NCBI GenBank assembly: GCA_965198115.1
Contig: OZ240241.1
Coordinates: 3,232,001-3,296,000 of the forward strand
DNA from: Candidatus Latescibacterota bacterium
Lineage (GTDB): Bacteria; Latescibacterota; UBA2968
Length of the DNA: 64,000 nt
Reading direction: 5' to 3'
The notes beneath the pieces are model-generated. The model saw only the letters and a program-made list of their open reading frames with translations, did not search any database and was not told the origin of the DNA. This document shows, in pieces, positions 1 to 10,007 of the stretch. Both the position numbers and the translations under genes were made by a program. The first letter of the stretch is position 1, and each line of letters starts with the position of its first letter.

Positions 1-66
1 GAGCGCCCGCCTTCGCTCGACGGGACGCATCCGCCTGAACTGTCTCACCCATTCGGGAGCCCCTCA

Positions 67-1275
67 GTGACAAGCACGAGTCTCTTCGGATCGGTCGTCA
101 TCACACTCTTCGTTGCAGCCTCATCGGCTGGCGCAATCGAGCCTCCTCGTCCGCCAAAGCACGAATTCTCATTCGTCGTCCTCGGCGACAGTCAGTTCGA
201 GCACCCCAACGCCTTCAACCGAATCATCGACGAGGTGGTTCGACTCTATCCGTCGTTCGTCATTCAGGTCGGAGATATGATTCACTTCCCTGCGGACGAG
301 GGAGTAGCTCGAGCGAAATGGACACGATACAAAGCGCAAATCGCTCCACTCGAGGAAATCCCGTTCTATCCCGTCCCCGGCAACCACGACGTCACCGATT
401 CCACCCGGGGCGTCGGAGGAGAACCGATCTATCGCGAGATCTGGGGAGCCACCTACTACTCGTTCGACTATCGCAACGCCCATTTCATCATACTGAACAC
501 CGACGAAGGCGGCGCACAAGACATCACCGGAGACCAGCGGACGTGGCTGCTCAAGGATCTTCGAAAGGCACGTGGCAAGGATCACATCTTCGTCTTCTTC
601 CATCGCCCCATCTACACGCTCGCCAGCGAGAAGGCACTCCACGGTATCTTCGTCGAGCACAACGTCCGAGCGGTCTTCTACGGCCACCATCACCACTTGA
701 ATTTCCACGAGCGAGACGGCATCCCCTACTATATGACCACGGCGTCCACCGAAGCGGAAAACCCCTATGGGGAAGTTTCCGGGGTCTTCCACCATCAGCT
801 ACTCGTCACCGTTCGAAATGATGACTTCCGAGTCGCCGTCATCAAAGCCAACAGCGTGTTGCCGCCCGACATCGTGTCCGTCGACGACAACTCCGACTTA
901 TACCGGCTCCATCACGGATTTTTCAGCAAACGAGAAGCCCCCTTCGGCGACCTTACGAAAAGCGACGACGGATACACCATCACGCTGCTCACGAATAACC
1001 CCACCAGCCAGGACCTCGTCGCCTTCCTCGAATGGGAACTGCCCAACGCTCGATGGGGTGTCGCAGACAGCCGGGGAGTCAGAGTCGACCTCCCCTCTGG
1101 TACCCGGAATCATCCCGTGACCTTCAAACTGACGAGAAGGTATCCGTCGCCCCCTGAAGCATACCCGACCTGCGTCGCAAGATCCATCTATCTCACGCAC
1201 GACGGCGACGTCGTCCAAACCGAACACACGTTTCGCATCGTGGAGTCGCACCAAGCAGATGACGATGGGCCGTAA
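67..1275 (+). CDS. Secreted calcineurin-like metallophosphoesterase with C-terminal extension
   Basis: Signal peptide; GDSQ, VGDM, PGNHD, FFH and YGHHH metallophosphoesterase motifs. Confidence 0.85.
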   Translation: MTSTSLFGSVVITLFVAASSAGAIEPPRPPKHEFSFVVLGDSQFEHPNAFNRIIDEVVRLYPSFVIQVGDMIHFPADEGVARAKWTRYKAQIAPLEEIPFYPVPGNHDVTDSTRGVGGEPIYREIWGATYYSFDYRNAHFIILNTDEGGAQDITGDQRTWLLKDLRKARGKDHIFVFFHRPIYTLASEKALHGIFVEHNVRAVFYGHHHHLNFHERDGIPYYMTTASTEAENPYGEVSGVFHHQLLVTVRNDDFRVAVIKANSVLPPDIVSVDDNSDLYRLHHGFFSKREAPFGDLTKSDDGYTITLLTNNPTSQDLVAFLEWELPNARWGVADSRGVRVDLPSGTRNHPVTFKLTRRYPSPPEAYPTCVARSIYLTHDGDVVQTEHTFRIVESHQADDDGP

Positions 1276-1314
1276 TCATTCTCCCAGGCGATGGTCATCC
1301 TCATCAGACTTTGA

Positions 1315-1341
1315 AACTCTGTGTCCTCAATGAACTCAGTG
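1315..1341 (+). repeat. Intergenic 9-mer tandem repeat
   Basis: aactctgtg tcctcaatg aactcagtg. Confidence 0.6.
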
Positions 1342-1358
1342 GCGCTTCTACCCAATAG

Positions 1359-2144
1359 ATGTCCGATACCCTAAACCGCATCCGCATCGTCCTCGTCGAG
1401 CCCAACCAACCGGGCAACATCGGGTCCGTCGCCCGGGCGATGAAGAACGCCGGTCTCACGCGGCTCTACCTCGTCAGGTCCGTCGATCACACCTGCGGGG
1501 ACGCACGCAAGATGGCCCACGGCTCCGGCGAGATTCTCTACGGCGCCACCGTCACCGACACCCTCGATGAAGCCCTGGCCGGCACGATCCTCACCGTCGG
1601 GACATCCGCACGGACACGGAAAGATTTTGACGTGCTCTACGGTCCGACTGCCGTCGCGAAGCGCCTCGCCTCCATCCCTCCGGACGGAGAAGGCGCGCTC
1701 GTGTTCGGACGCGAGAAGCACGGCCTGACAAACGACGAGCTGGAAAGGTGCCAGGTCGTCTGCCGAATCCCGTCCGCCCACGCCTATCCGTCGCTCAACC
1801 TTTCCCAGGCCGTCCTGATAATGGGCTACGAGCTCTACAGAGCGGCGCTCGATCTGGACGAGCAACCAGACCTCCAGCTTGCTCCGCACGAACAAATCGA
1901 GGCGATGTACGAGCACGTGGCGCGCGGCCTCGATATGCTCGGTTTCAGCTCTCATCACCGGCCGGAGACCTTTATGCGATCCATCCGTCGTCTCTTCGGC
2001 CGGATCCAGCTGGAGAAGCGTGACGTCTCCACGCTCCACCGCATCTTCCGGCACATCGACCGGTTCGTCGCTCGCCACGACCTGGACGTCGAAAGGGACG
2101 GGCCGATGTCGCGTGCCAACCGAGCGGCCGACGAGCAGGAATAG
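1359..2144 (+). CDS. trmJ: tRNA (C32/U32-2'-O)-methyltransferase, TrmJ/LasT SPOUT family
   Basis: IVLVEPxxPGNIGSVARAMKN, LVFGREKHGLTNDEL and YPSLNLSQAV motifs. Confidence 0.9.
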   Translation: MSDTLNRIRIVLVEPNQPGNIGSVARAMKNAGLTRLYLVRSVDHTCGDARKMAHGSGEILYGATVTDTLDEALAGTILTVGTSARTRKDFDVLYGPTAVAKRLASIPPDGEGALVFGREKHGLTNDELERCQVVCRIPSAHAYPSLNLSQAVLIMGYELYRAALDLDEQPDLQLAPHEQIEAMYEHVARGLDMLGFSSHHRPETFMRSIRRLFGRIQLEKRDVSTLHRIFRHIDRFVARHDLDVERDGPMSRANRAADEQE

Positions 2145-2198
2145 AAATGGCCGGCCCCAAATGACGGGACCGGCCTTCAGATTTCGATGTCGCGATCT

Positions 2199-2711
2199 CT
2201 ACGCGGCTGAACCGGGTTTACGCATTTCCACACCGGCTCGATCGAGCAGCACCATTACCTTTCCGGGGTGCAATTCTCTATCGGCGGCGATCTCGTCGAC
2301 GGTCTTGCCGTCTTCGAGGTAAGCTTTGGCGATCTCGGCCTCCGTCACGCCCTGCTGATAGCCCTTCGTGCCATAAACACCCTCGTGCTTGGTGACCTCG
2401 ATGTCGTCTTCGACCGAAACCTGGCACGACAGGCGTAGATTCCCCTTCAACTGAATGAACCGGAATTTCTCAATCGCGCCTTTCGACGTTACCGCGCCCG
2501 GAGGACGCACTTCGACCGTGCAGGTCCCGCAGAGCCCATTTCCCTGGCAGTTCAGAAACTTCGAGATCCCGTTATAGAGATCGATGTCGTTCTCGATCGC
2601 GAGCGCCCGCAGATTCGTGTGTGGAGCACACTCGATCGTCTTGCCTTCGTTCGTGAAGGTCACCTTACACGTCGTTTTCTTAGGCGCCAATCTGTCTACC
2701 ACCGTCGGCAT
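2199..2711 (-). CDS. 2Fe-2S ferredoxin with C-terminal helix-turn-helix-like extension
   Basis: C-x4-C-x2-C (CQGNGLCGTC) plus RLSCQ; helical tail EIAKAYLEDGKTVDEIAA. Confidence 0.8.
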   Translation of the reverse strand: MPTVVDRLAPKKTTCKVTFTNEGKTIECAPHTNLRALAIENDIDLYNGISKFLNCQGNGLCGTCTVEVRPPGAVTSKGAIEKFRFIQLKGNLRLSCQVSVEDDIEVTKHEGVYGTKGYQQGVTEAEIAKAYLEDGKTVDEIAADRELHPGKVMVLLDRAGVEMRKPGSAA

Positions 2712-2831
2712 TTCTGCCCTCCCTCATCGGTCCCCCGTGCAGCCACGGGCCTTGCTCGCGAACGCCAAAAGGTAATTCGAGAGTGGATCATAGACAAGAA
2801 AAAAACAGCCATTTAGACGCGTGAACCCGCG

Positions 2832-2860
2832 TTGACAAGCCCTACCACCGAATCTATACT
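2832..2860 (+). promoter_or_regulatory. Sigma70 promoter, probably of the SSS gene at 6029, now separated from it by IS630 insertions
   Basis: TTGACA (2832-2837), 17 bp, TATACT (2855-2860); the IS begins at 2863. Confidence 0.65.
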
Positions 2861-2862
2861 TA

Positions 2863-4124
2863 GTACTCCTGTTCGCAAATACGGTGACGTATTCTAAGCA
2901 GACTTTGCCAAGGGCGTATCGTAGAACCTGAGTTTGTCGATCATCTCCGCGAGATCTGTTCGTGTGAACTTCCATTTGAAGGGTGTGGCGATACGTCCGT
3001 AGCGTTCCTGAAAACCGAGGATTCTTGCCTCAAGCTCTTCGAGCGATGCAAATTCGATAGGTGTCAGAGCCTTGCGTTTGAGGATCGAGAAGTAGATCTC
3101 GATCTGATTGAGCCAGCTTGCGTGGATCGGAAGGTGAACGGGGTGGATGTTTGGCCACTTCCCCTGGATACGGTCGATGCATGTTTGCCCTCGGTGCGAG
3201 GAGCCATTATCCACGATGAGGTAGACTTTCTTTGCCGAGCAATAGGGTTTCCGGCTCATGATCAGGCTCAGGAGCCGGTTGAAGGGCTCGATACCCGAAG
3301 AAGACTCACAGAGACCGAAGATTCGACCATTGTGCACGTCGAGAGCAGCCAGATAGGCCAGGGCTCCTTTCCGCTCGTATTCGTGTTTCAACGCGTGCCG
3401 CTCTGTTCGAGGCTGGCGGTAGGGTAACGTGCTTGCGAGCTCGTGCTTGAATACTGGTCTTTTCGTCGGCAGAAAGTACATATTCCCTCGGCCCTAAAGG
3501 CTTTCCTTGCCATTGGCGGTGATACAGATCAAGGACTCTACCTGCTTTGGTTTGGAAGTCCGGGTCCCGTGGGAAAATCCAGGAGCGATGATACCAAGGA
3601 CGAATCGCGTCCTCGTTCAACCAGCGCCAGACAGTGGCGCCGCTGATCTTGGCAACGAAGCCCCTTTGCACTGCCTCGGCGGCAATCTCGGAACAGCTGA
3701 ACCGCGAGAGCGGTATCCCGCTCTCGCTCGGTAGTTCACACGCCAGCGCCTTGATCTGAACGACCACCTGAGGGGGGAAAACCGGGCGGGCGCCCGGGAC
3801 GAGATCTATCTTCGAGTCCCGAAAGACGCTCTTCGAAAAAGCGCTTACGCCATTTGCTTACGATCGGACGCGGGACATCCAACCGTTGGGCGATAATCTT
3901 GTTGGATAATCCCTCGGCGGCGAGAAGCACGATTTTCGATCGGATCACTTGATAATACGATAACGTATATTGTCCAGCCATTCGCTCGAGGTCGACCCGT
4001 TCCTTCTCAGACAGTAGCACCACATAAGGCGAACGTCTTGGCATTGTTCTCCTCCTTTTGAAGGAGAACATAAGCTACAAATAATGTTCAGGACATACGT
4101 AATAATATTTATGAACCCATGCAC
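2863..4124 (-). mobile_element. IS630-family insertion sequence, copy 1 (1262 bp)
   Basis: HTH orfA plus DDE (ADEKT, DNGSSH, HASWLNQIE) split over three frames; imperfect IRs GTACTCCTGTTCGCAAATA/GTGCATGGGTTCATAAATA; TTA duplicated on both sides. Confidence 0.92.
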
Positions 4125-4127
4125 TTA

Positions 4128-4727
4128 GCGACATCCGGATCGACGAATGCCCTTGTTATGACTAGGTTTTCTTCTTAGGGCCTTCTTGAGCAGCTGAAAA
4201 TTCGACAGTAGCTCATTGTATTCGGACCGAATTGACCATTCGTCGAGGGAAGTCGTCTTATTGGACCCTCCAACTGGCGCGGGATCAAGCGCCTTTCCGA
4301 CTTCGCGAAGCCACGCTGAGTAGATCCTGCGCTGCGGCCCTTGTCGTGGTAGCTCGCGTGCCATTGTCACCAGTATCCGAGACTTGCTTGTATGGGGAGG
4401 CAGCACAACCACTCTGGACCGCCTCTCGATAGGAGTCCAGTAACGATCGCACAGGGAAGTGGTGCCACAAGATTCATTTCCAGCGAGTCAGCGTCGAATT
4501 TCTTCTCCGTGTAGTTGTCGATCGCCTCCCGAAAACACCCATCATCTCGATTTCGCGCGATCGCCGCATCCACGCTTTCCCAATCAAAGGCTCGCCCCTC
4601 AATGAGGTCTTCGGCCAGCCGGTAATCGTCATTGGGCGAAGCCTTGCTCGACAAAGGGGTCGTGTCGTCCCTTGTATCAAGGGCTTCCACCTTTGGTGAC
4701 TCACGGTCTTTTCCTGGGCCGGGCTCA
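4128..4727 (-). pseudogene. Fragment of an unknown gene trapped between inverted IS630 copies
   Basis: Protein-like minus-strand reading DDYRLAEDLIEGRAFDW...ILWHHFPVRSLLDSY across a frameshift; no start outside the IS. Confidence 0.4.
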
Positions 4728-5989
4728 TTGCATGGTTTCATAAACATTATTACGTATGTCCTGAACATTATTTGTAGCTTATGTTCTCCTTCAAAAGGAG
4801 GAGAACAATGCCAAGACGTTCGCCTTATGTGGTGCTACTGTCTGAGAAGGAACGGGTCGACCTCGAGCGAATGGCTGGACAATATACGTTATCGTATTAT
4901 AAAGTGATCCGATCGAAAATCGTGCTTCTCGCCGCCGAGGGATTATCCAACAAGATTATCGCCCAACGGTTGGATGTCCCGCGTCCGATCGTAAGCAAAT
5001 GGCGTAAGCGCTTTTTCGAAGAGCGTCTTTCGGGACTCGAAGATAGATCTCGTCCCGGGCGCCCGCCCGGTTTTCCCCCCTCAGGTGGTCGTTCAGATCA
5101 AGGCGCTGGCGTGTGAACTACCGAGCGAGAGCGGGATACCGCTCTCGCGGTTCAGCTGTTCCGAGATTGCCGCCGAGGCAGTGCAAAGGGGCTTCGTTGC
5201 CAAGATCAGCGGCGCCACTGTCTGGCGCTGGTTGAACGAGGACGCGATTCGTCCTTGGTATCATCGCTCCTGGATTTTCCCACGGGACCCGGACTTCCAA
5301 ACCAAAGCAGGTAGAGTCCTTGATCTGTATCACCGCCAATGGCAAGGAAAGCCTTTAGGGCCGAGGGAATATGTACTTTCTGCCGACGAAAAGACCAGTA
5401 TTCAAGCACGAGCTCGCAAGCACGTTACCCTACCGCCAGCCTCGAACAGAGCGGCACGCGTTGAAACACGAATACGAGCGGAAAGGAGCCCTGGCCTATC
5501 TGGCTGCTCTCGACGTGCACAATGGTCGAATCTTCGGTCTCTGTGAGTCTTCTTCGGGTATCGAGCCCTTCAACCGGCTCCTGAGCCTGATCATGAGCCG
5601 GAAACCCTATTGCTCGGCAAAGAAAGTCTACCTCATCGTGGATAATGGCTCCTCGCACCGAGGGCAAACATGCATCGACCGTATCCAGGGGAAGTGGCCA
5701 AACATCCACCCCGTTCACCTTCCGATCCACGCAAGCTGGCTCAATCAGATCGAGATCTACTTCTCGATCCTCAAACGCAAGGCTCTGACACCTATCGAAT
5801 TTGCATCGCTCGAAGAGCTTGAGGCAAGAATCCTCGGTTTTCAGGAACGCTACGGACGTATCGCCACACCCTTCAAATGGAAGTTCACACGAACAGATCT
5901 CGCGGAGATGATCGACAAACTCAGGTTCTACGATACGCCCTTGGCAAAGTCTGCTTAGAATACGTCACCGTATTTGCGAACAGGAGTAC
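4728..5989 (+). mobile_element. IS630-family insertion sequence, copy 2 (inverted relative to copy 1)
   Basis: Near-identical to copy 1; ATG 4808, TTTTCCCCCC slippery site 5071-5080, second frameshift ~5465; left IR has 3 substitutions. Confidence 0.92.
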
Positions 5990-6028
5990 TAAGCCAGCTT
6001 TTTCCCAGCCTTCCAAACCGGAGCATCT

Positions 6029-7531
6029 ATGTTCGGGCTTCACCCAGCAGATGTCGTCACCCTGAGCGTCTACCTCGTCGGGATCGTCATAGCCGGGCTG
6101 TGGGCCGCCCGCAAAGTCAAGGGAATGGCCGACTACTTTATGGGCGGGCGCTCGTTTGGCAAGGCGTTCATGATTATGCATTCCTTCGGCACGGGTACCC
6201 ACACCGATCAGGCCGTATCCGTCGCGGGCGCCAGCTACAAGCTGGGCCTCGGAGGCATCTGGTATCAGTGGCTTTACCTCTTCGCGACTCCGTTCTACTG
6301 GATCATCGCCCCGATCTTTCGGCGGCTCCGATGCATCACGGCCGCCGACTACTTCGCCGACCGATTCAGCCCGTCCCTCGAGTTTCTCTATACACTCTGG
6401 GGACTCTTCTATTTCGCGCTTCAGATCGGAACGATGTTGCTCGGGACGGGGAAAACCGCCTCGGCCATCACAGGCGGCGGCATCACCGAGTGGCAGGCCA
6501 TTTGGGTGATGACGATGCTCTTCCTGTCCTACGGGCTCCTCGGCGGACTTCCGGCGGCGATCGTCACCGATTTCATCCAGGGCATCTTCATCATTGTCCT
6601 CTCGTTCCTGCTCGTGCCCTTTGTCCTGAACCAGGTGGGCGGGTTCAGCGGGCTTCACGAGAAGGTTCCGGCCGAGATGTTCAGCCTGATCGCTCCCGGG
6701 GACCCTCCCGAAGGCTATGACCGCATCACACCCTTCTTCATCCTGATGATCGTCATCAACGCGCTGGTCGGGATCGTGGCGCAACCGCACGTCCTCGAGG
6801 GCACGGCAGCGGGAAAGACCGAACTCGAAGGCCGTGTCGGGTTCACCTACGGCAATATGATCAAACGTCTGTGCACGGTCGCCTGGTCCTTCACCGGCAT
6901 CGCTTGTGTCGCGATGTATCCCGGTCTCGTTGACCCCGAACACGCCTTTGGAATGGCTTCACGCGATCTGCTGCCCATTGGCCTGATCGGAATTATGCTC
7001 GCCTCGATGATCGCTGCCGTGATGTCGACGTGCGACTCGTTTATGGTGGACGGCGCCGCCCTGTTCGTCGAGAATTTCTACAAGCGTCACCTGAAGCCCG
7101 AAGAGTCCGAAAGTCATTACCTCAACATCGGTCGGATCGTATCGCTTGTCATCGTCGGAGGTGGGTTGTTCGTTGCCGACCAGTTCGTGTCGGTCGTCGA
7201 GATTATTCGATTCAGCTGGTCTTTCGTCGCTTTCTTCGGCATCGCATTCTGGGCAGGCATCGTCTGGCGCCGCTGCAACAGCCTGGGAGCCTGGGCGGGC
7301 ATCATCGTCTCCGGCCTGCTCTGGTATGTATCCGACTCCGTCTGGGAGTGGGAACTCCCCAGCCAGTATCTGCTCTACACGATTGGCGGCTTCGCCTCAC
7401 TCATCATCGTCAGCAAAATGACGCCACCGCTCCCCGAGGAAAAGCTCGATCGCTTCTACACCATCCTTCACACGCCCGTCGGCCAGGAACACAAGCTGAG
7501 AGAAGCCGGCATCACGGTCGTCCTCGAATAG
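6029..7531 (+). CDS. Sodium:solute symporter (SSS) family transporter
   Basis: DYFMGGRS, GGLPAAIVTDFIQG, AAVMSTCDS motifs; many TM segments. Confidence 0.92.
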   Translation: MFGLHPADVVTLSVYLVGIVIAGLWAARKVKGMADYFMGGRSFGKAFMIMHSFGTGTHTDQAVSVAGASYKLGLGGIWYQWLYLFATPFYWIIAPIFRRLRCITAADYFADRFSPSLEFLYTLWGLFYFALQIGTMLLGTGKTASAITGGGITEWQAIWVMTMLFLSYGLLGGLPAAIVTDFIQGIFIIVLSFLLVPFVLNQVGGFSGLHEKVPAEMFSLIAPGDPPEGYDRITPFFILMIVINALVGIVAQPHVLEGTAAGKTELEGRVGFTYGNMIKRLCTVAWSFTGIACVAMYPGLVDPEHAFGMASRDLLPIGLIGIMLASMIAAVMSTCDSFMVDGAALFVENFYKRHLKPEESESHYLNIGRIVSLVIVGGGLFVADQFVSVVEIIRFSWSFVAFFGIAFWAGIVWRRCNSLGAWAGIIVSGLLWYVSDSVWEWELPSQYLLYTIGGFASLIIVSKMTPPLPEEKLDRFYTILHTPVGQEHKLREAGITVVLE

Positions 7532-7544
7532 AAGGGAATCACGA

Positions 7545-7664
7545 ATGTTCGACCTCGAAATCAGAAAACCGAACAGACAGACCGTCGTCGGATTCATCGT
7601 CGCCTGGGTCTGTGTCATCGCCATTATGCTGATGACGATGCTCATCGCCCGGATTGGCGCGTAG
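7545..7664 (+). CDS. 39-aa single-TM small protein directly downstream of the SSS gene (absent from ORF track)
   Basis: GAAGGGA RBS; MFDLEIRKPNRQTVVGFIVAWVCVIAIMLMTMLIARIGA*. Confidence 0.7.
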   Translation: MFDLEIRKPNRQTVVGFIVAWVCVIAIMLMTMLIARIGA

Positions 7665-7666
7665 AC

Positions 7667-7777
7667 ATCGAGTATTGAGGATCGAGCATCGAGAATGTTC
7701 ACGTGGCATTATGCCATAAGGGTGAAGCCGTCTCTCCACTCTGGTCAATTTGTCAATAGTCACTGGTCAATGGTCAC
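7667..7777 (+). repeat. Two intergenic heptamer tandem arrays
   Basis: atcgagt attgagg atcgagc atcgaga (7667-7694); tggtcaa ttgtcaa tagtcac tggtcaa tggtcac (7742-7777). Confidence 0.7.
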
Positions 7778-8201
7778 TCCCAAGGTGCTCTTCCTCTGCA
7801 CCGGTAATTCCTGTCGCAGCCAAATGGCCGAAGGCTGGGCACGCCTGAAGGCCGACCGTCTCGACGTCTGGTCCGCCGGCATCGAGACCCACGGCCTCAA
7901 CCCAAACGCCGTTCACGTGATGAAGGAAGCCGGCGTCGACATCGCCGGCCATCGCTCCAAACACGTCGACGAACTCTCCGACATTGCTTTCGACTACGTC
8001 GTCACAGTCTGCGATCACGCAGCCGAACACTGTCCCGTCTTCACCGGAAGCGCCAAAGTCATCCACCAGCCGTTCGACGACCCTCCCCGTCTCGCGAAGG
8101 ATGCTCCCACGAGAGAGGATGCGCTCGCTCACTACCGGCGCGTCCGGGACGAGATCAAAACCTTCGTCGACACCCTGCCCGAATTTCTGGCAGACGATTA
8201 G
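7770..8201 (+). CDS. arsC: Thioredoxin-coupled arsenate reductase (LMW-PTP fold)
   Basis: [15 protein letters not shown]-loop, [16 protein letters not shown]. Confidence 0.9.
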   Translation: MVTPKVLFLCTGNSCRSQMAEGWARLKADRLDVWSAGIETHGLNPNAVHVMKEAGVDIAGHRSKHVDELSDIAFDYVVTVCDHAAEHCPVFTGSAKVIHQPFDDPPRLAKDAPTREDALAHYRRVRDEIKTFVDTLPEFLADD

Positions 8202-8292
8202 CGGAACCGCCTTGCCCGATCGTCAGCGTCAGCCTATTTTCGTGCGCCCCTGCCCGTTTTTCAATGTTCTATCTTCAATTCCCTAATCTTCA

Positions 8293-8772
8293 ATGATCAG
8301 ACGCTACGAACCGCAAGACCTCGACCGTATCAAGGAGATCACTGTCATCTGTTTCGAGGGTGTTTCGATTGACCACAACATCGAAAAAACCTTCGGCCAG
8401 TTCTCGGAAACCGACTGGAAGGTGCGCAAAGCCGCCCATATGGACGATGACGTCGCGGCCAACGCCGAAGGCATCTTCGTTTACGAAGAGGAAGACATCG
8501 TCATCGGCTACATCACGACCCGAATCTTCCGCGAGGCATTGATCGGCCAGATTCTGAACCTCTCCGTGATCCCGGGACACCAGGGCAAGGGCATCGGCAA
8601 AGCCCTGATGAAGGCCGCCCTCGACTATTTCGAAGACGAGGGAATGAAAGTCGCCAAGATCGAAACCCTCGATCAGAACGACGTCGGCCAGAGCTTCTAT
8701 CCCAACGCCGGCTTCAAGGAAGTCGCCCGCCAGATCCACTACGCAATGCCTCTTTCGGACAGGAAGATCTGA
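8293..8772 (+). CDS. GNAT N-acetyltransferase
   Basis: VIPGHQGKGIGKALM acetyl-CoA motif A; FYPNAGF. Confidence 0.9.
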   Translation: MIRRYEPQDLDRIKEITVICFEGVSIDHNIEKTFGQFSETDWKVRKAAHMDDDVAANAEGIFVYEEEDIVIGYITTRIFREALIGQILNLSVIPGHQGKGIGKALMKAALDYFEDEGMKVAKIETLDQNDVGQSFYPNAGFKEVARQIHYAMPLSDRKI

Positions 8773-8803
8773 GGCGCGGGATCCGGGAACCGTCATCCGG
8801 CAA

Positions 8804-8846
8804 GAAAAAAGGCGCCCCACTCGATCTTCCGAGCAGGGCGCCTTCT
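8804..8846. terminator. Probable bidirectional intrinsic terminator
   Basis: aaaaaaggcgccc...gggcgccttct hairpin between convergent genes. Confidence 0.6.
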
Positions 8847-8945
8847 GTCTTCTGCAAATTTTGTGGGCTCTAACATCGGGCGAAGCCCGTCGTAACCGTC
8901 CACCGCCGACCGTCCACAGGGGCGCGCGGGATCTCACAGCAATCG

Positions 8946-9737
8946 CTACGGTCTCTCCCATACGAGTGGAAAATGCTCCCCGCGCATCAACTCCCCATCC
9001 TCCACCTCCACGAACTGCTTCATCACGTGGTCGCCGCTGGCCACGAACCTCGCCTCGTCCGTCATATAGTGGATGGCAATCGCCCGTCTCGGGCCTTCAC
9101 TTCGGTTTTCGTGTGATGCGTGCCAGGTCAACCCGTGGTGGTAATGCACCTCGCCTTTCCTGACCGGGCGTCTGACGACAGCCAGGTCGTGCCCTTCGAA
9201 AGTGTCAGGCATCGAATCGAACCCATCGAGACCACGAACAAAGCTGATCTGGTTTCCCCACTGGTGTGAGCCAGGAACCATACTCATACACCCGTTCGAC
9301 TCGTCCACGTCGTCCAGCGCGACCCAGGCGCTCACCTCCGTCATCGGTTTGATGATCCGCCACAGCGGCGCATCCTGATGCCACATGTTCACCCCACCCA
9401 GACGGGCCGGTTTGTACTGAATCTGATCGTGCCAGATTCGGAGCGCACTCGCGCCCGTCAGCTGGCCGATCTCCTCTGTGATCTTCTCGCTGCTCAGGAG
9501 AGCGCGATACGGTTCGCTCACTTCCCAGATGTTCACCACCTGCCAGACCGGTTCCTCCGGCTTCCGCCGGTTCAGATTCCGAAGTTCCACCGGCTGGGTT
9601 ACGTCGTCCCGGTCCCGACTCTCGATCACGCGCTTGAGCTCCTTGCGGAGGATGTTGACCTCCTCGACATCCAGCGCCTGCCCCCCGTTCAGGTATCCAT
9701 CGCGGTGGAATGCCTCGACCTGTTCGTCACTCAACAT
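8946..9737 (-). CDS. Phytanoyl-CoA dioxygenase (PhyH) family 2OG-Fe(II) oxygenase
   Basis: FHRDGYL, WHQD, WVALDD..NGCM..VPGSH, H..TWHAS..N.S..PRRA. Confidence 0.92.
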   Translation of the reverse strand: MLSDEQVEAFHRDGYLNGGQALDVEEVNILRKELKRVIESRDRDDVTQPVELRNLNRRKPEEPVWQVVNIWEVSEPYRALLSSEKITEEIGQLTGASALRIWHDQIQYKPARLGGVNMWHQDAPLWRIIKPMTEVSAWVALDDVDESNGCMSMVPGSHQWGNQISFVRGLDGFDSMPDTFEGHDLAVVRRPVRKGEVHYHHGLTWHASHENRSEGPRRAIAIHYMTDEARFVASGDHVMKQFVEVEDGELMRGEHFPLVWERP

Positions 9738-10007
9738 ACGATCTCCCGATCCCCATTGTCTGCGTCCTTCGTCCGGAGCTCGTCGAAGAGCCCCAGGGCC
9801 TCAGCAAGGTTCGCGTCATTTTCACCAAAGCCTCGCCCTTGCGCACCGCACTCTGCGTCGGAGCTTTCTTCGCCGTTGCAGATCCGTTACGCTTCTCTAC
9901 CAAAGGTAAAGCCCCGCGGTCACTTGAAGCAACCCCGGGGCTCCCGGCTTATTCTGTTCGTCTCTCAGGTGTTTCCGGCCCGGACAACGGATCGCGGTTC
10001 ACGCACC

